Shown here piece after piece: positions 50,454 through 61,186 of a DNA stretch of 64,000 nucleotides (positions within the stretch are counted from its first letter, which is position 1; every line of letters starts with the position of its first letter). The notes beneath the pieces are model-generated. The model saw only the letters and a program-made list of their open reading frames with translations, did not search any database and was not told the DNA's origin. Source of the stretch: Nitrosopumilus sp. (GTDB lineage: Archaea > Thermoproteota > Nitrososphaeria > Nitrososphaerales > Nitrosopumilaceae); assembly GCA_965204345.1 (NCBI GenBank), contig OZ241981.1:256001-320000 (forward strand). The letters run 5' to 3'. The translations under genes were made by a program, and so were the position numbers.

Positions 50454-50865
50454 ATGCCTGAGACAATAAAATCAGATGAGTATCTCTGGCCAAATGAAGA
50501 ATATGCAATTGAGCAGTTCGAATCAGGAAAAGACAAACCCAAGTTCTTCAAGACAGTAGAAGAGCCAGTTTAGGACCTTCAAGAACCGGAATAATCTTGT
50601 GGTTTGCAGTACGAACCAAGCAGTTCAAAAAGAGCTACAAGAAGCTATCTGCTGATCTACAAAAAAAGACCAATGATGCAATCCAGAATCTTATGGAATC
50701 AGAATCTCCCGCAAAGATGGGAATTCCAAAGAAAGGAAGATACAAAGGATATAATGCATATGATCTTGGACGCTCATAAGACTAATCTACAAAGTAGCCA
50801 ACCCGCAAAAAATTATTTTTTTGGTCGTTGTAGGTGATCACAAGGCAGTCTATGGCTGGGACTGA
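50454..50865 (+). pseudogene. Decayed antitoxin-RelE/ParE toxin pair
   Basis: Antitoxin-like MPETIK...FKTVEEPV*DLQEPE*; toxin TKQFKKSYKKL...YDLGRS frameshifts to RLIYKV...VGDHKAVY. Confidence 0.7.
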
Positions 50866-50947
50866 CTTGACTTCTTCCTGGCTGAGTCAAATCATCCAAA
50901 CCCATTATATCTGATTCTGCAAAGAGACAGCAAAGCAGACTCGGCAG

Positions 50948-51616
50948 ATGGGTGTGAGATTGCACAGAGAAAATCGTGATTGGTTTTCAAAGAGAAAAAT
51001 ATTCTGGGAACCACATCCAGAAATTTCCCAAAGAGGTGGATTGTCATCTTATAACAAGGCATCTAAACAGGAATATTCTCAAAAGAACTTCTTTCTGCAC
51101 AAGCCATTAAAACACATCAGAGTCATTCACATTAGCAACCAAGCCGGAATTGAGATTAAAGGTGACAACAAATGGAAAATTATAATTGAAAATATCTCAA
51201 AGATCAATCCCTCAATACACAACATCAAGAATTACCACTCATGGACGCAACAGAGCCGTGAGGGCATAGCCTTTATTATTGTCGGGTGTGTAGGTATATT
51301 GATGTCTTGGCCCACGATGGATGTTGGCACTCGTATCAAGGATTACGCTTGTTACGCATACCGGAAGCTAGATTCTTGGACTTACATGGATGTTGGTGCC
51401 AGTATTCAGGAAGCCGTATACGATATGGGCAAACAGAATGAGAAGAGATTGGAATTCCTCAAAGAATCTCAGAAGGACATGCAAACAACTCAGAGGAAAA
51501 TGCAAGCAACTCTAAAGGAGATTGCAGCAACCCTAAAGAATATTGCAGAATCAAAGCAAGAGACCGGATCATCTCAGCAAGAGACAAAGGACAAACTGCA
51601 AAAAAAGGATCAGTGA
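50948..51616 (+). pseudogene. Chimeric ORF: repeat + IS6-like transposase scraps + TM/coiled-coil gene
   Basis: KNFFLHKPLKHIRVIHI and AGIEIKGDNKWKIIIEN match transposase 15015; C-terminus duplicates 52264-52791. Confidence 0.6.
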
Positions 51617-51824
51617 GTTCTTCAAGCACCCAAATTTATAACCCATCCATGATTCATCAAATCCCATCTATACAGAATCCAGATGGCATGATGATGCACA
51701 TGGAAAACCGCAAAAGGTTTCAAAATATTGTTTCTGATAACTGCAAGCAGATATACTCAAAGAATGCATCATAATTCTCATACAGAAACCGCACTACTGG
51801 CAGCGTTATGCCAGTAATAGGAGG

Positions 51825-52271
51825 TTGAACCGTTTGGCTCAACAACAAAAACAGATTAGTGAAGACACTCAAAAAACCTCACAATCAGAAATACAGACCC
51901 AATCTAGCAGGGAGGTACACGTTACCAAGGAAGTCGGGTTTTCTATAAAAGCCTCTGATGATAGCGTAAAAATTCCATCACAGGAGTTTGTAGATGATGC
52001 ATTTGATGCACTCGTATATGAAATCAGATGCCAGAGAGGTCCAAAACGGGCACAGGCCAGCCAGTACACGGTCATACTGTATGACAATATCGAAAGAACA
52101 GGAGACCATAATGACTGCATTGTAACGCAAATCGATACAGACATGGAAAAACCAGATGGATTTATGCAAGTACATGGATGGACTACCGTATCAGAGGCAA
52201 AGAGACGACGACAGGATGCAAGAAACATGACACAAGCACGTAAAATACTGGAGACACAGAACCGTGATTAA
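51825..52271 (+). CDS. Hypothetical protein
   Basis: TTG start after hairpin and AGGAGG; overlaps the next gene. Confidence 0.6.
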   Translation: MNRLAQQQKQISEDTQKTSQSEIQTQSSREVHVTKEVGFSIKASDDSVKIPSQEFVDDAFDALVYEIRCQRGPKRAQASQYTVILYDNIERTGDHNDCIVTQIDTDMEKPDGFMQVHGWTTVSEAKRRRQDARNMTQARKILETQNRD

Positions 52272-52791
52272 ATGGGGAAAAATCAAGCAGAAGTTCGGGG
52301 ATATCGTACGAGCTCTGCTATGCATACCTGAAAAAATAATTCAAGTGTGGATGGGCGATAGCAGTAGTGATGGAACAGACGCAGAAATCCAAAAAAGCCT
52401 AAAGTACAAAATAAAGATCGGCTTTGTAAAGCGTCAGAACTGGATCTTTATTGTCATGATATCTGCTGGGTCCGCCATGCTAGTCCTAAGCCAGATTACG
52501 TATCCTCAGCTACTAAGTGAGGGCATAGCCTTTATTATTGTAGGATGCGTAGGCTTACTGATGTCTATAATCACGTCAGATATTGGCTCCAGTATAAAGA
52601 AAGCAGTATACGATATGGGCAAACAGAATGAGAAGGGATTGGAATTTCTCAAAGAATCTCAGAAGAACATGCAAACAACTCAGGAGAACATACAAACAAC
52701 TCTAACTGAGATTGCAACAACCCTAAAGAATATTGCAAAATCAAAGCAAGAGACTGGATCATCTCAGCAAGAGACAAAGGACATACTGTAA
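52264..52791 (+). CDS. Two-TM plus coiled-coil hypothetical protein
   Basis: Hydrophobic helices plus heptad tail. Confidence 0.65.
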   Translation: MIKWGKIKQKFGDIVRALLCIPEKIIQVWMGDSSSDGTDAEIQKSLKYKIKIGFVKRQNWIFIVMISAGSAMLVLSQITYPQLLSEGIAFIIVGCVGLLMSIITSDIGSSIKKAVYDMGKQNEKGLEFLKESQKNMQTTQENIQTTLTEIATTLKNIAKSKQETGSSQQETKDIL

Positions 52792-53057
52792 AAAATGATC
52801 AGTGGGTCCTTCAAGCATCCAAACTTATAACCAATCCATGATTCATCAAAATTCATCTGTCATAGAATCCAGATGGCATGATATTCATGGGAAACCGCAA
52901 AAGGTTTCAAAATATTGTTTCTGAGAACTGCAAGCAGATGTATTCAGAGAATGCATCATGGTTCTCATACAGAAACCGCACTATTGGCAGCGTTACGCCA
53001 GTAATAGGAGGTTGAACCGTATGGCTCAACAACAGATTAATGCAAGTGAAGGCTCCA

Positions 53058-53425
53058 AGGTAAGATAAAACAGATATGAATATTGTCATTACGCCTCAAA
53101 AATCAAAGCTTGGCCATCCACATATAACCAAAAACAGATTCTCAGAATGCAAATTTTGATATGCTGTCATTTGAGCAAGGTGTAAGCTGTGAGCAATCCT
53201 CTGACAGAGATGAAATATATCATTTAGAGGAACTGCGTTGAAGAGTTTGATTACGATGGATTTGCCGAAAAACTGATCATAGACGTATTCATAGCCGTAA
53301 CTGCTGATGTAATTAGCGAATATCCGGACTTGACACGGTTCATCTCATCTAAGGTAATACAGGACACAAGTTATACGTATGAAGAAAGTCATATTCCAGT
53401 TAAACTCAAACTCGTAGATCATGAT
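53058..53425 (+). pseudogene. Degenerate remnant of the SPYEQ 3' end, spacer and M12B-like gene
   Basis: Spacer AAAACAGATTCTCAG.ATGCAAATTTTGATA; EKLIIDVFIAVT...IPVKLKLVD. Confidence 0.7.
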
Positions 53426-53458
53426 GTCATATACAGATATGATGAGCTGCTAGTTATT

Positions 53459-53687
53459 TCACGGTTCTAAGGCGGCTTGTATGTCATACCAAGCACTTGA
53501 GCATACCTCAATAGGAACTGTTTGCTGCACACATATTATTGGCTCCAGAGGTGCAAGTGACTCAAGACCCGCATCTTAATGCATCATCAAAATAAGAATG
53601 ACACGTGGGTGTAAAAAGTATGCCAACTATCGTAAAGACTATGACTGCAATGCCAAATAAAAAAAGAGGAGACGGAAGCTTGATCAT
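53459..53687 (-). pseudogene. Frameshifted paralog of 7353-7594
   Basis: MIKLPSPLFLFGIAVIVFTIVGILFTPTC...* then EVCSSAWYDIQAALEP*. Confidence 0.55.
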
Positions 53688-54124
53688 TGCAGCCTAAGAG
53701 CAGACTTGGGAGCTGATAAACTTTGATGATCGAATTACGGGAATTTATCAAATCCGAATTGGACAGTCCTATGAAATGTCCCAAGTTTGCAAGTGTACGT
53801 GGAATAGTCTATCGGGTTATCGAGAACTAAAACACGGTTCTTCTCCAAAATTTTGACATTCTCCAATCTCAGATGCGTGTCATGCTAGGTGTTCTTCCCA
53901 ATCCAATCAAATAACATGTCAGGAGATTTTGCCTCGGATCAAGTATTGCGATAATTCTTCTTTGGAGGGTTTACCTGAACTTTAATTACCGCGGTCTGAT
54001 ACTTTTCTGCATCTGAAAATTCTAAAACAGATACATTGCTTGGATATCCAAGACAGGCCTGCCATTACACATATCTTGCAAGATTAGCATTAGATATTTT
54101 TAATCCAAAAATATCATGCTTTTA

Positions 54125-55267
54125 ATGGCAAAAATTCTTGGAATTATAGGCGGGGGCCAATTAGGAATGATGATCGTAGAGGCTGCAAAAAAAATGCCAA
54201 ACAGAGTATCTGAAATCATTGTATTAGATCCTACAGAAAATTGTCCTGCTGCACAGGCAGGAGCAACACAGATTGTGGCAGATTTTAAGGATAAAACAGC
54301 CATAGAGGAATTGGCAATGAAATCAGATATCATAACATATGAAATCGAATCAGGAGATAGCAATGTCTTAAAGTCAGTTGAAAAAAACACACAGGTTAAT
54401 CCGTCCCCTGAAACCCTAAGGGTGATTCAGGATAAATTCTTGCAAAAAACCTTCTTAAAAGAAAACAGCATACCAGTTCCAGATTTTGTAAAAATCAAAT
54501 CAATAGATGATGTAAAAAAAGAGGCAGAGAATTTTGGATATCCCGTATTGTTAAAAACCAGAAGAGACGCATATGATGGCAGGGGGAATCATAAAATTAG
54601 CTCCAGAGAAGAGATACAAAAGGCATTTGATCGTTTCAAGGGTCAGAAATTGTTGTTAGAAAAATTCGTCCCGTTTAAAATGGAAGTGTCAGTAATTGCA
54701 GCAAGAAACACGCAAGGCCAGATCAAGACATATCCATTGGTTGAAAATATTCATGAAGACAACATACTACGTCAGACAATTGCGCCTGCAAGGGTATCAG
54801 AAAAAGTAACAAAAAATGCAGAAGAGATTGCAGAGAGGACAATGAATGTCTTAAAGGGTGCGGGAATTTTTGGAATAGAGATGTTTGTAACGCAAGATGA
54901 CGAAATACTAATTAATGAAATAGCGCCCAGAGTGCATAATTCAGGACACCATACACTACAATCAAGTCAGACATCCCAATTTGAGCAGCACCTAAGGGCA
55001 ATTTTGGGATTGGATCTTGGAAGTACAAAGCTGCTTTACAATACCATCATGTACAACATTTTAGGAAGCAGGGAATTTGAGGGAGAATACAAGCCTCCAA
55101 GGATTACAAAGGAGAACGTATTTTTGAAAATGTATGGAAAGAAAATTTCAAAGCCGTTGAGGAAGTTAGGGCATTTTAATCTCGTTGGGACAAGCAATGA
55201 TACAGTTGATCAGCTTTTAGAGAAATTAGAGAGCCTTAAAGACAGTTCAGCTGTTCAACCAATCTGA
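54125..55267 (+). CDS. purK: N5-CAIR synthetase
   Basis: GIIGGGQLGMM, TYEIE, YDGRG, INEIAPRVHNSGH, RKLGH. Confidence 0.96.
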   Translation: MAKILGIIGGGQLGMMIVEAAKKMPNRVSEIIVLDPTENCPAAQAGATQIVADFKDKTAIEELAMKSDIITYEIESGDSNVLKSVEKNTQVNPSPETLRVIQDKFLQKTFLKENSIPVPDFVKIKSIDDVKKEAENFGYPVLLKTRRDAYDGRGNHKISSREEIQKAFDRFKGQKLLLEKFVPFKMEVSVIAARNTQGQIKTYPLVENIHEDNILRQTIAPARVSEKVTKNAEEIAERTMNVLKGAGIFGIEMFVTQDDEILINEIAPRVHNSGHHTLQSSQTSQFEQHLRAILGLDLGSTKLLYNTIMYNILGSREFEGEYKPPRITKENVFLKMYGKKISKPLRKLGHFNLVGTSNDTVDQLLEKLESLKDSSAVQPI

Positions 55268-55280
55268 TTAGGTTTATTAA

Positions 55281-55694
55281 TTGTCAATAAGGCATTTGAT
55301 CATGGCATTATCTGCAGCAATGGTTCTAACAGCAGTAGCAATAGCACTGCTACTAGTCTATGCGGCAGATGTTGCAGTAATAGAGACCACAGGCAACGAA
55401 GACGGATTTCTTCCATTTGATCATAAAATTAGGGGAATGGGACTAGGCCTGCCTGCACTGATTTTGCCATTTATTGCATATTTTATCTCAAGAAAAGATC
55501 CCTCAAAAGGATTAGGGGCAATGATCATAGTTGCGGGATTTTTGATTCTGTTTGGAGGCGTCTTTGTAATTGGAAATGCAGATCCGGCAGAGGCAGAGGC
55601 ATCAGGAAGAGATGCCATGTCCGAAGCAGGTCCACTAATAATTGCAGGAGCAGTTCAGATCGGACTAGGCATACTTAAAATAAAAAAATCCTAA
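55281..55694 (+). CDS. Membrane protein
   Basis: About 4 TM helices. Confidence 0.7.
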   Translation: MSIRHLIMALSAAMVLTAVAIALLLVYAADVAVIETTGNEDGFLPFDHKIRGMGLGLPALILPFIAYFISRKDPSKGLGAMIIVAGFLILFGGVFVIGNADPAEAEASGRDAMSEAGPLIIAGAVQIGLGILKIKKS

Positions 55695-55704
55695 AAGAAG
55701 AGCC

Positions 55705-55830
55705 ATGCCAACTTGTACAAAGTGTGAAAATAACGTAAGCAAAGTATATGATTGTGACCACACGGATTTTGAGGAATACTGCACAGAGTGCTATACTGAA
55801 TTGCACTACTATATCACAGAGAGTAAATAA
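55705..55830 (+). CDS. 41-aa Zn-finger microprotein (not in ORF track)
   Basis: MPTCTKCENNVSKVYDCDHTDFEEYCTECYTELHYYITESK; fills the operon gap. Confidence 0.7.
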   Translation: MPTCTKCENNVSKVYDCDHTDFEEYCTECYTELHYYITESK

Positions 55831-55834
55831 CAAA

Positions 55835-56083
55835 ATGCTAACAGAGAGGGATATTGTAATTTATGCACTAGGTAAGACAGAAGGAGTTCATTCAATTGCA
55901 GAGACACTAGGCAGGGGATTTGATGATGAAAAATACATAGAGTCATGGAATAAAACTATGAACATATTGGGAATCAAGATGTCCTTAAAGGAGATGGAGA
56001 AAATTTACAATGAATTTGCAAAAAAAATGGAGGATTTGGCAGATTCTGAAGGCATAAAGCCAGAAGAATCCCCAACAAAATAG
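55835..56083 (+). CDS. Hypothetical protein
   Basis: Start at MLTERDIVIY avoids overlap with the microprotein. Confidence 0.7.
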   Translation: MLTERDIVIYALGKTEGVHSIAETLGRGFDDEKYIESWNKTMNILGIKMSLKEMEKIYNEFAKKMEDLADSEGIKPEESPTK

Positions 56084-56752
56084 ATGAAAGCCATCATTTT
56101 AGCCGGAGGAAGGGGCAGGCGGTTAAGGCCGATTACAGACTATGTGCCAAAACCCCTGATTCCGATAAAAAACGTTCCCATAATAGAATGGCAGTTACGC
56201 TATCTTAAAAAATCTGGAATAAAGGAAGTCATTATTTGTACAGGATACAAACAAGGAATGATTGAATCTTATCTGGATTCAAAAAAATTGGGAATCAAAA
56301 TAGGATACTCTGTTGAAAAGACAGCACTAGGTACAGGCGGTGCAATAAAAAAAGCTGGAAGAAGAATCAAAGAAAAGTCTTTTTATGTAATTAATGGGGA
56401 TACGATCACAGACATTGATCTAAAAAAACTGCCTGCTGCAAAGAACTCCATTGCAGCAGTAGAGCTAAGGACAAAGTTTGGGGTTTTAGAAACAGACAAT
56501 GACAAAATTATAAAATTCAAAGAGAAGAAAGAAATTTCAAACTTGTGGATGAATGCAGGGATTTATCTCCTGCAAAGGGACACGCTAAAAGATCTGCCAA
56601 GCAGGGGAGACATTGAAAAGACAGTCTTCCCAGATTATGCAAAAAAAGGGACGCTATACATTACAAAATTTAAAAATGTAAAATGGTATTCAGTGGATTC
56701 CTTCAAAGACATGGAAGAATGCTCCTTGGAAATAGAGAAAATAATAAGATAA
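56084..56752 (+). CDS. Sugar-phosphate nucleotidyltransferase (NTP_transferase family)
   Basis: MKAIILAGGRGRRLRPITDYVPKPL, LGTGGA, NGD. Confidence 0.93.
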   Translation: MKAIILAGGRGRRLRPITDYVPKPLIPIKNVPIIEWQLRYLKKSGIKEVIICTGYKQGMIESYLDSKKLGIKIGYSVEKTALGTGGAIKKAGRRIKEKSFYVINGDTITDIDLKKLPAAKNSIAAVELRTKFGVLETDNDKIIKFKEKKEISNLWMNAGIYLLQRDTLKDLPSRGDIEKTVFPDYAKKGTLYITKFKNVKWYSVDSFKDMEECSLEIEKIIR

Positions 56753-56761
56753 AGGTAAGAT

Positions 56762-56953
56762 TTATGCGCCTGTTCGGTGCAGTGTAACCATGCAGTAAGC
56801 AACTTCCTCTAAAAAGCGCTCATCCTTGCTGGCTGAGGCATACTTTGTAGCATCAGTCCAAAACGCCGGTTTTTTTACAGTTTTATCTGAAGAGACTTGT
56901 CCATTCAACATTTTTGATTCTATTCTAATAGGATAATGCTCATCCTCAACCAA
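56762..56953 (-). CDS. Small hypothetical protein
   Basis: Fills the gap between genes. Confidence 0.45.
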   Translation of the reverse strand: MVEDEHYPIRIESKMLNGQVSSDKTVKKPAFWTDATKYASASKDERFLEEVAYCMVTLHRTGA

Positions 56954-57009
56954 AATTAACCTATTGCTAAAACAGATACACTAGAATATCCAAAAAACAT
57001 ACAACTTTC

Positions 57010-57981
57010 ATGCGTGTTGCATGTAGCTTGGGCTCTTTGCTATCCATAGATGAGGTATTGCAATGCTCAGAAAGTATTGCAAAGACCAATACAGAGACAG
57101 TATGGGTGCCTGAGACATGGGGTATGGAGAATTTTTCCATTTTAGGCGCAGTCTCATCAAAGACGGCAACTCAAAAAATAGGTTCGTCAATAATCAACAT
57201 CTTTTCTAGGAGTCCCTCATCCATAGCAATGGGTGCAGCTACGCTTGATTCATTGTCAAATGGGAGATTGGTCTTGGGACTGGGAACTAGCAGCATGCCC
57301 ATTGTGGAATCATTTCACGGATACAAATTTGAAAGACCACTGCAAAGAATGAAAGAATATGTGGAAATAATTCGCCTTGTATTGTCAGGCAGACAGATAA
57401 ACTATGACGGAGAGATTTTCAAGTTAAATGACTTTACGCTTTTAATAAAGCCGCAACGAAGCGAGATACCGATTTATCTTGCCGCAATAAATAAAAAAAT
57501 GGTAAACTTGGCGTGGGAGATTGGCAATGGCGTAATTTTTTATCTCAGGCCGTTAAGCGAAATGAGACAGACGATTTCAAAAATGCAGTCAAAGAAAGAA
57601 ATTGATGTGGCATGCCAACTAATCACATGTGTCTCAGAAAATTCAGAAGAGGCTGCTATTCGGGCAAAAAAAACGGTGGCATTTTACATTTCTGTTGGCC
57701 GGATATACAGAAAATTCTTAGCTAGCAATGGGTTTGGCAGTGAGACATCAAACATTTATGAGGAATTTAAGAGATCAGGGTTTAAGATGAACCACGAGCT
57801 GGTGACAGACTCTATGCTAAAAGATCTTGCAATTTTTGGAACCCCTGATGAATGCAAAAGACAGTTAACAAGTTTTGTTGATGCGGGAATTACTCAGCCC
57901 ATTTTGCAATTTAATCCAACAGGGGACAGCACGTCGGACTCTTTTAAACTATTCAAAAAAACATTTCTGGAGGAAACATGA
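57010..57981 (+). CDS. LLM-class (luciferase-like, probably F420-dependent) oxidoreductase
   Basis: WVPE, LDSLSNGRLVLGLG, IPIYLAA, FGTPDEC. Confidence 0.9.
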   Translation: MRVACSLGSLLSIDEVLQCSESIAKTNTETVWVPETWGMENFSILGAVSSKTATQKIGSSIINIFSRSPSSIAMGAATLDSLSNGRLVLGLGTSSMPIVESFHGYKFERPLQRMKEYVEIIRLVLSGRQINYDGEIFKLNDFTLLIKPQRSEIPIYLAAINKKMVNLAWEIGNGVIFYLRPLSEMRQTISKMQSKKEIDVACQLITCVSENSEEAAIRAKKTVAFYISVGRIYRKFLASNGFGSETSNIYEEFKRSGFKMNHELVTDSMLKDLAIFGTPDECKRQLTSFVDAGITQPILQFNPTGDSTSDSFKLFKKTFLEET

Positions 57982-59087
57982 GCAAGATAGGAATCATAGG
58001 ATATGGCAGCGTGCCCTTTACCCAGGAGGATCAAAAAATCGAGGAAATTCTGCTTGACTCAGCAAGAGCACTCTTCAAAAAAAATCCCGCAATACAAAAA
58101 AATAGTGTGGATGGTGTCCTAGTATCTACAAACAATAACTCAAAGTATTTGGCCCCAATTTTATCAGAGATGGCAGGAATTGAGCCAAAAATATCCAACA
58201 CCATAGAAAATCTGTGCAGTTCAGGCACAAATTCCATAGTTTCTGCATATTCGCACATTGCCTCAGGCCTGGCCGACATGGTTCTTGTTGCAGGCGCAGA
58301 AAGATACGACAGTCCAGGGCAGGTACTAGAATGGGACAATTCAAGGGGAGAGTACAAGCACCCAATTTTTTGGGCATCAATATTTGCCAAGTCATACAAA
58401 GAGGAATACGGAATAACAGACGAGCAAGTAGCCATAGTTTCAGTAAAGAACCACAAGCAGGCAAGGGAGAATCCAAATGCACTGCCCAATAAGACGTATA
58501 CAGTTGAGGATGTGATTAATTCTAAAAGAATCACAAAAGATCTCAGGCTGTTGGATTGCTCAAGACCGTGTACGGGTGGCGCATCAATCATTTTAGCATC
58601 AGAGCAGAAAGCAAGACAGATTTCAGATTCGCCTGTCTGGATAACTGGGATAGGACAAAAAACGACCTCAGCGAGTTTTACAAAAAATATCTCATTTAAT
58701 TCCATGAAATCAACAAAGATAGCAGGACAAAACGCACTAAAAATGGCAAATAAAAATATCAAAAATGTAGACGTGGCAGAAATACATGACGCATTTTCAG
58801 TCTGCGAGCCAATGGCATTAGAAGCCCTAGGATTTACAAAAGAGGGGTGCGGCATAAACATGGTAAAGGAACTGCATGAAACAGACAGCTTTAAGATAAA
58901 TCCAAGGGGAGGCCTAATTGGTTCCGGACATCCGTTAGGGGCAACAGGCGTTGCTCAAACCATAGAAATTGTACAGCAGCTTCAAAATAACGCATCAAAA
59001 AGGCAGATAGAAAGGGCAGAAGTGGGACTAGTTCACAACATGTCAGCTGCATCTACATCCTCAACAGTATTGGTTTTAGAGACATGA
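57978..59087 (+). CDS. Thiolase family protein
   Basis: ENLCSSG, AEIHDAF, INPRGGLIGSGHPLGATG. Confidence 0.92.
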   Translation: MSKIGIIGYGSVPFTQEDQKIEEILLDSARALFKKNPAIQKNSVDGVLVSTNNNSKYLAPILSEMAGIEPKISNTIENLCSSGTNSIVSAYSHIASGLADMVLVAGAERYDSPGQVLEWDNSRGEYKHPIFWASIFAKSYKEEYGITDEQVAIVSVKNHKQARENPNALPNKTYTVEDVINSKRITKDLRLLDCSRPCTGGASIILASEQKARQISDSPVWITGIGQKTTSASFTKNISFNSMKSTKIAGQNALKMANKNIKNVDVAEIHDAFSVCEPMALEALGFTKEGCGINMVKELHETDSFKINPRGGLIGSGHPLGATGVAQTIEIVQQLQNNASKRQIERAEVGLVHNMSAASTSSTVLVLET

Positions 59088-59392
59088 GTTTTGAAACAAA
59101 ACTGGCAAAGGGGGAATTTTGCATTCCAGAATGCCGGGAATGTAACAAAACCGTATGGCCTCCAGCAAAATTTTGCAGCCATTGTTTTGGGGATGTTTTC
59201 CTAAGAGAGGGCAATTTTGAGGGCAAGATAATAGAATTTTCACAAAAAGATGACAGGTATTTTTGCATAGTGGAATTTGAAGAGACCATGCGCATAATTG
59301 CAAGTATTTCACAAGAACCTACAAGGGGACAAATCGTAAAAATATCAGGGTGTGGAATCAAAGATGGCAGTTATTTCTTCAGTGTGATCTGA
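59084..59392 (+). CDS. Zn-ribbon/OB-fold (DUF35-like) thiolase partner
   Basis: CRECNKTVWPPAKFCSHC; ATGA overlap with the thiolase. Confidence 0.85.
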   Translation: MSFETKLAKGEFCIPECRECNKTVWPPAKFCSHCFGDVFLREGNFEGKIIEFSQKDDRYFCIVEFEETMRIIASISQEPTRGQIVKISGCGIKDGSYFFSVI

Positions 59393-60212
59393 ATTTGGTG
59401 TATATGTACGGCGTTTCCACATCCTGATCAAAGGTCCAAACCGTAGGCAGCAAGACAGTCTCAAGGACTCTTAGCATATGCTTTTCAATTAATGAGCTCC
59501 ATCCGCCATTTTTTAGACTGCCTGAGAGTTGTCGTTTGGTATGGGTTCCCGCAAATACAACGCCTGCACTATTTTTTAGGTTTGAAACCGAATTGATCTT
59601 CTCAATAATGCTAGTGGCCAAGACATCACCGCCCATTTGGGCAAGACCACCTATAAAAAAAACGGGTTTTTTCAGATTCAGTGACGAGTACCCAAACTCT
59701 AGTGCATCTGCACAGATTGGATTAAAGTTTTGACCAGTTGATGCGCATATGGTATTTTGTAACCCCACCAAGACATCATCAATTTCAATACTGTGCGGGG
59801 TCAGCCCCAGCAGGTTGCCACAAAAGGCAATGCGGCCGTCCCCGGAACCAATGTCTACTAGCTCAGTGTAGCCAAGACTCTTGGCAATAAATGCCATGAT
59901 AAATGCAGACATTATCCATGTGGGATAAAACGGCTGGCAGCTAGAGCCGTGTTTTATGCTGTTTAGCCAGTATTCGTTGATATCGCCCTCATAGACAGTG
60001 CAAGAAAGTCCATTGATTTTCTCGTCATAGTGATTCAGATAAATCGGATTTTTTAGCGCAAAATCATGCAAGTGTTTTAGCATTTTAGAATCTATGGGAA
60101 ATGCCTCAGAGGCAGATGAGGGAATTACCTCCTGAATATGGGCACTGCCAGAATAATTTTTAGCAAAAGCCTGTTTGACTAAGACTAGGTTTTCCACCAG
60201 CGAGTCAATCAT
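59379..60212 (-). CDS. SAM-dependent methyltransferase-like protein
   Basis: LVDIGSGDGR, SIEID, CADAL. Confidence 0.8.
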   Translation of the reverse strand: MIDSLVENLVLVKQAFAKNYSGSAHIQEVIPSSASEAFPIDSKMLKHLHDFALKNPIYLNHYDEKINGLSCTVYEGDINEYWLNSIKHGSSCQPFYPTWIMSAFIMAFIAKSLGYTELVDIGSGDGRIAFCGNLLGLTPHSIEIDDVLVGLQNTICASTGQNFNPICADALEFGYSSLNLKKPVFFIGGLAQMGGDVLATSIIEKINSVSNLKNSAGVVFAGTHTKRQLSGSLKNGGWSSLIEKHMLRVLETVLLPTVWTFDQDVETPYIYTKFRSH

Positions 60213-60255
60213 ATTTTTTGTGGCCTTCCGGGTTTGATAAACTCATTGCATTTTG

Positions 60256-60438
60256 TCATTTAGACACCAAATACGATTTACCGCCAGATTTTTTTATCTG
60301 ATCAATAGCTGCTGTTTGTAATTTTGCAATGCTTTTAACGTCGCGTTTAGCAGGATTATCCATCGGCTGAATATCAAGATGTCCCAACGCATTAGGATTC
60401 AAGTCCCTTTGTTTGGAAAGTTTTTCAGGTGCCATCAC
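60256..60438 (-). CDS. Small hypothetical protein
   Basis: Short ORF in an intergenic gap. Confidence 0.4.
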   Translation of the reverse strand: MMAPEKLSKQRDLNPNALGHLDIQPMDNPAKRDVKSIAKLQTAAIDQIKKSGGKSYLVSK

Positions 60439-60560
60439 CAGAAGAATGGAGAAATTCAGTATTTTGTGATTCTAAAACGTTCAGATGAGATGACTCTTGC
60501 ATGATATTTTGTTGAGTTATTGTCTAATTACCTACTGTACTAATCAGATACAAGAATAAC

Positions 60561-61145
60561 ATGGTATTGAGACGTAAATTTACAGCACCCACAATAACAA
60601 AGCAGAAAAACGCTGAAAAATCATCTGAAAACAACCAAAGGGCAGTAAGAAAAAGGAGGCAGAGGGGATATCAGTGGGAAGACACCATCGTTAAAAGATT
60701 CAACAGTACAAAAAAATGGAAGGCCTTTAGATTGGGTTCGCCAAGTATTGCCCTTCCTGATGTGCTAGCAGTCAATAACGAGAACAGTTCAATGTTTACA
60801 ATTGAAGCAAAGTCAGGAACAAGCACATCATTGCCGGTTCCGGCAGATCAAATTGAGCGGTGCCTGGAATGGATTAAGACATTTGGTATCTATAAAAAAA
60901 GAAATGTTTTGCTGGGATTCAAGTTTTTATCAAAAAAAAGAATAGGCATCGACGAATATGAAAGGAGGGAGCTGCGGGAATATTTCAAGATATGGGATGA
61001 GACGCTGAAAGTTACAGATTGCGTGTGCACCTATGATGGAAAGCTCTTTGCAAGGGCAAACGGGACCAGAAAAGAGATACACCTTCAAGAGTGCAAGATG
61101 CCATTTAAAACAAAGCAAAGAAGAACTGGTGCCCAAATAAACTAG
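60561..61145 (+). CDS. Hjc-like PD-(D/E)xK resolvase/endonuclease
   Basis: RGYQWE, LPDVLA, IEAKS. Confidence 0.8.
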   Translation: MVLRRKFTAPTITKQKNAEKSSENNQRAVRKRRQRGYQWEDTIVKRFNSTKKWKAFRLGSPSIALPDVLAVNNENSSMFTIEAKSGTSTSLPVPADQIERCLEWIKTFGIYKKRNVLLGFKFLSKKRIGIDEYERRELREYFKIWDETLKVTDCVCTYDGKLFARANGTRKEIHLQECKMPFKTKQRRTGAQIN

Positions 61146-61186
61146 TCCTTCAAATCGTTTTTAAGTACAAGATCTCAAGCAAGTAT

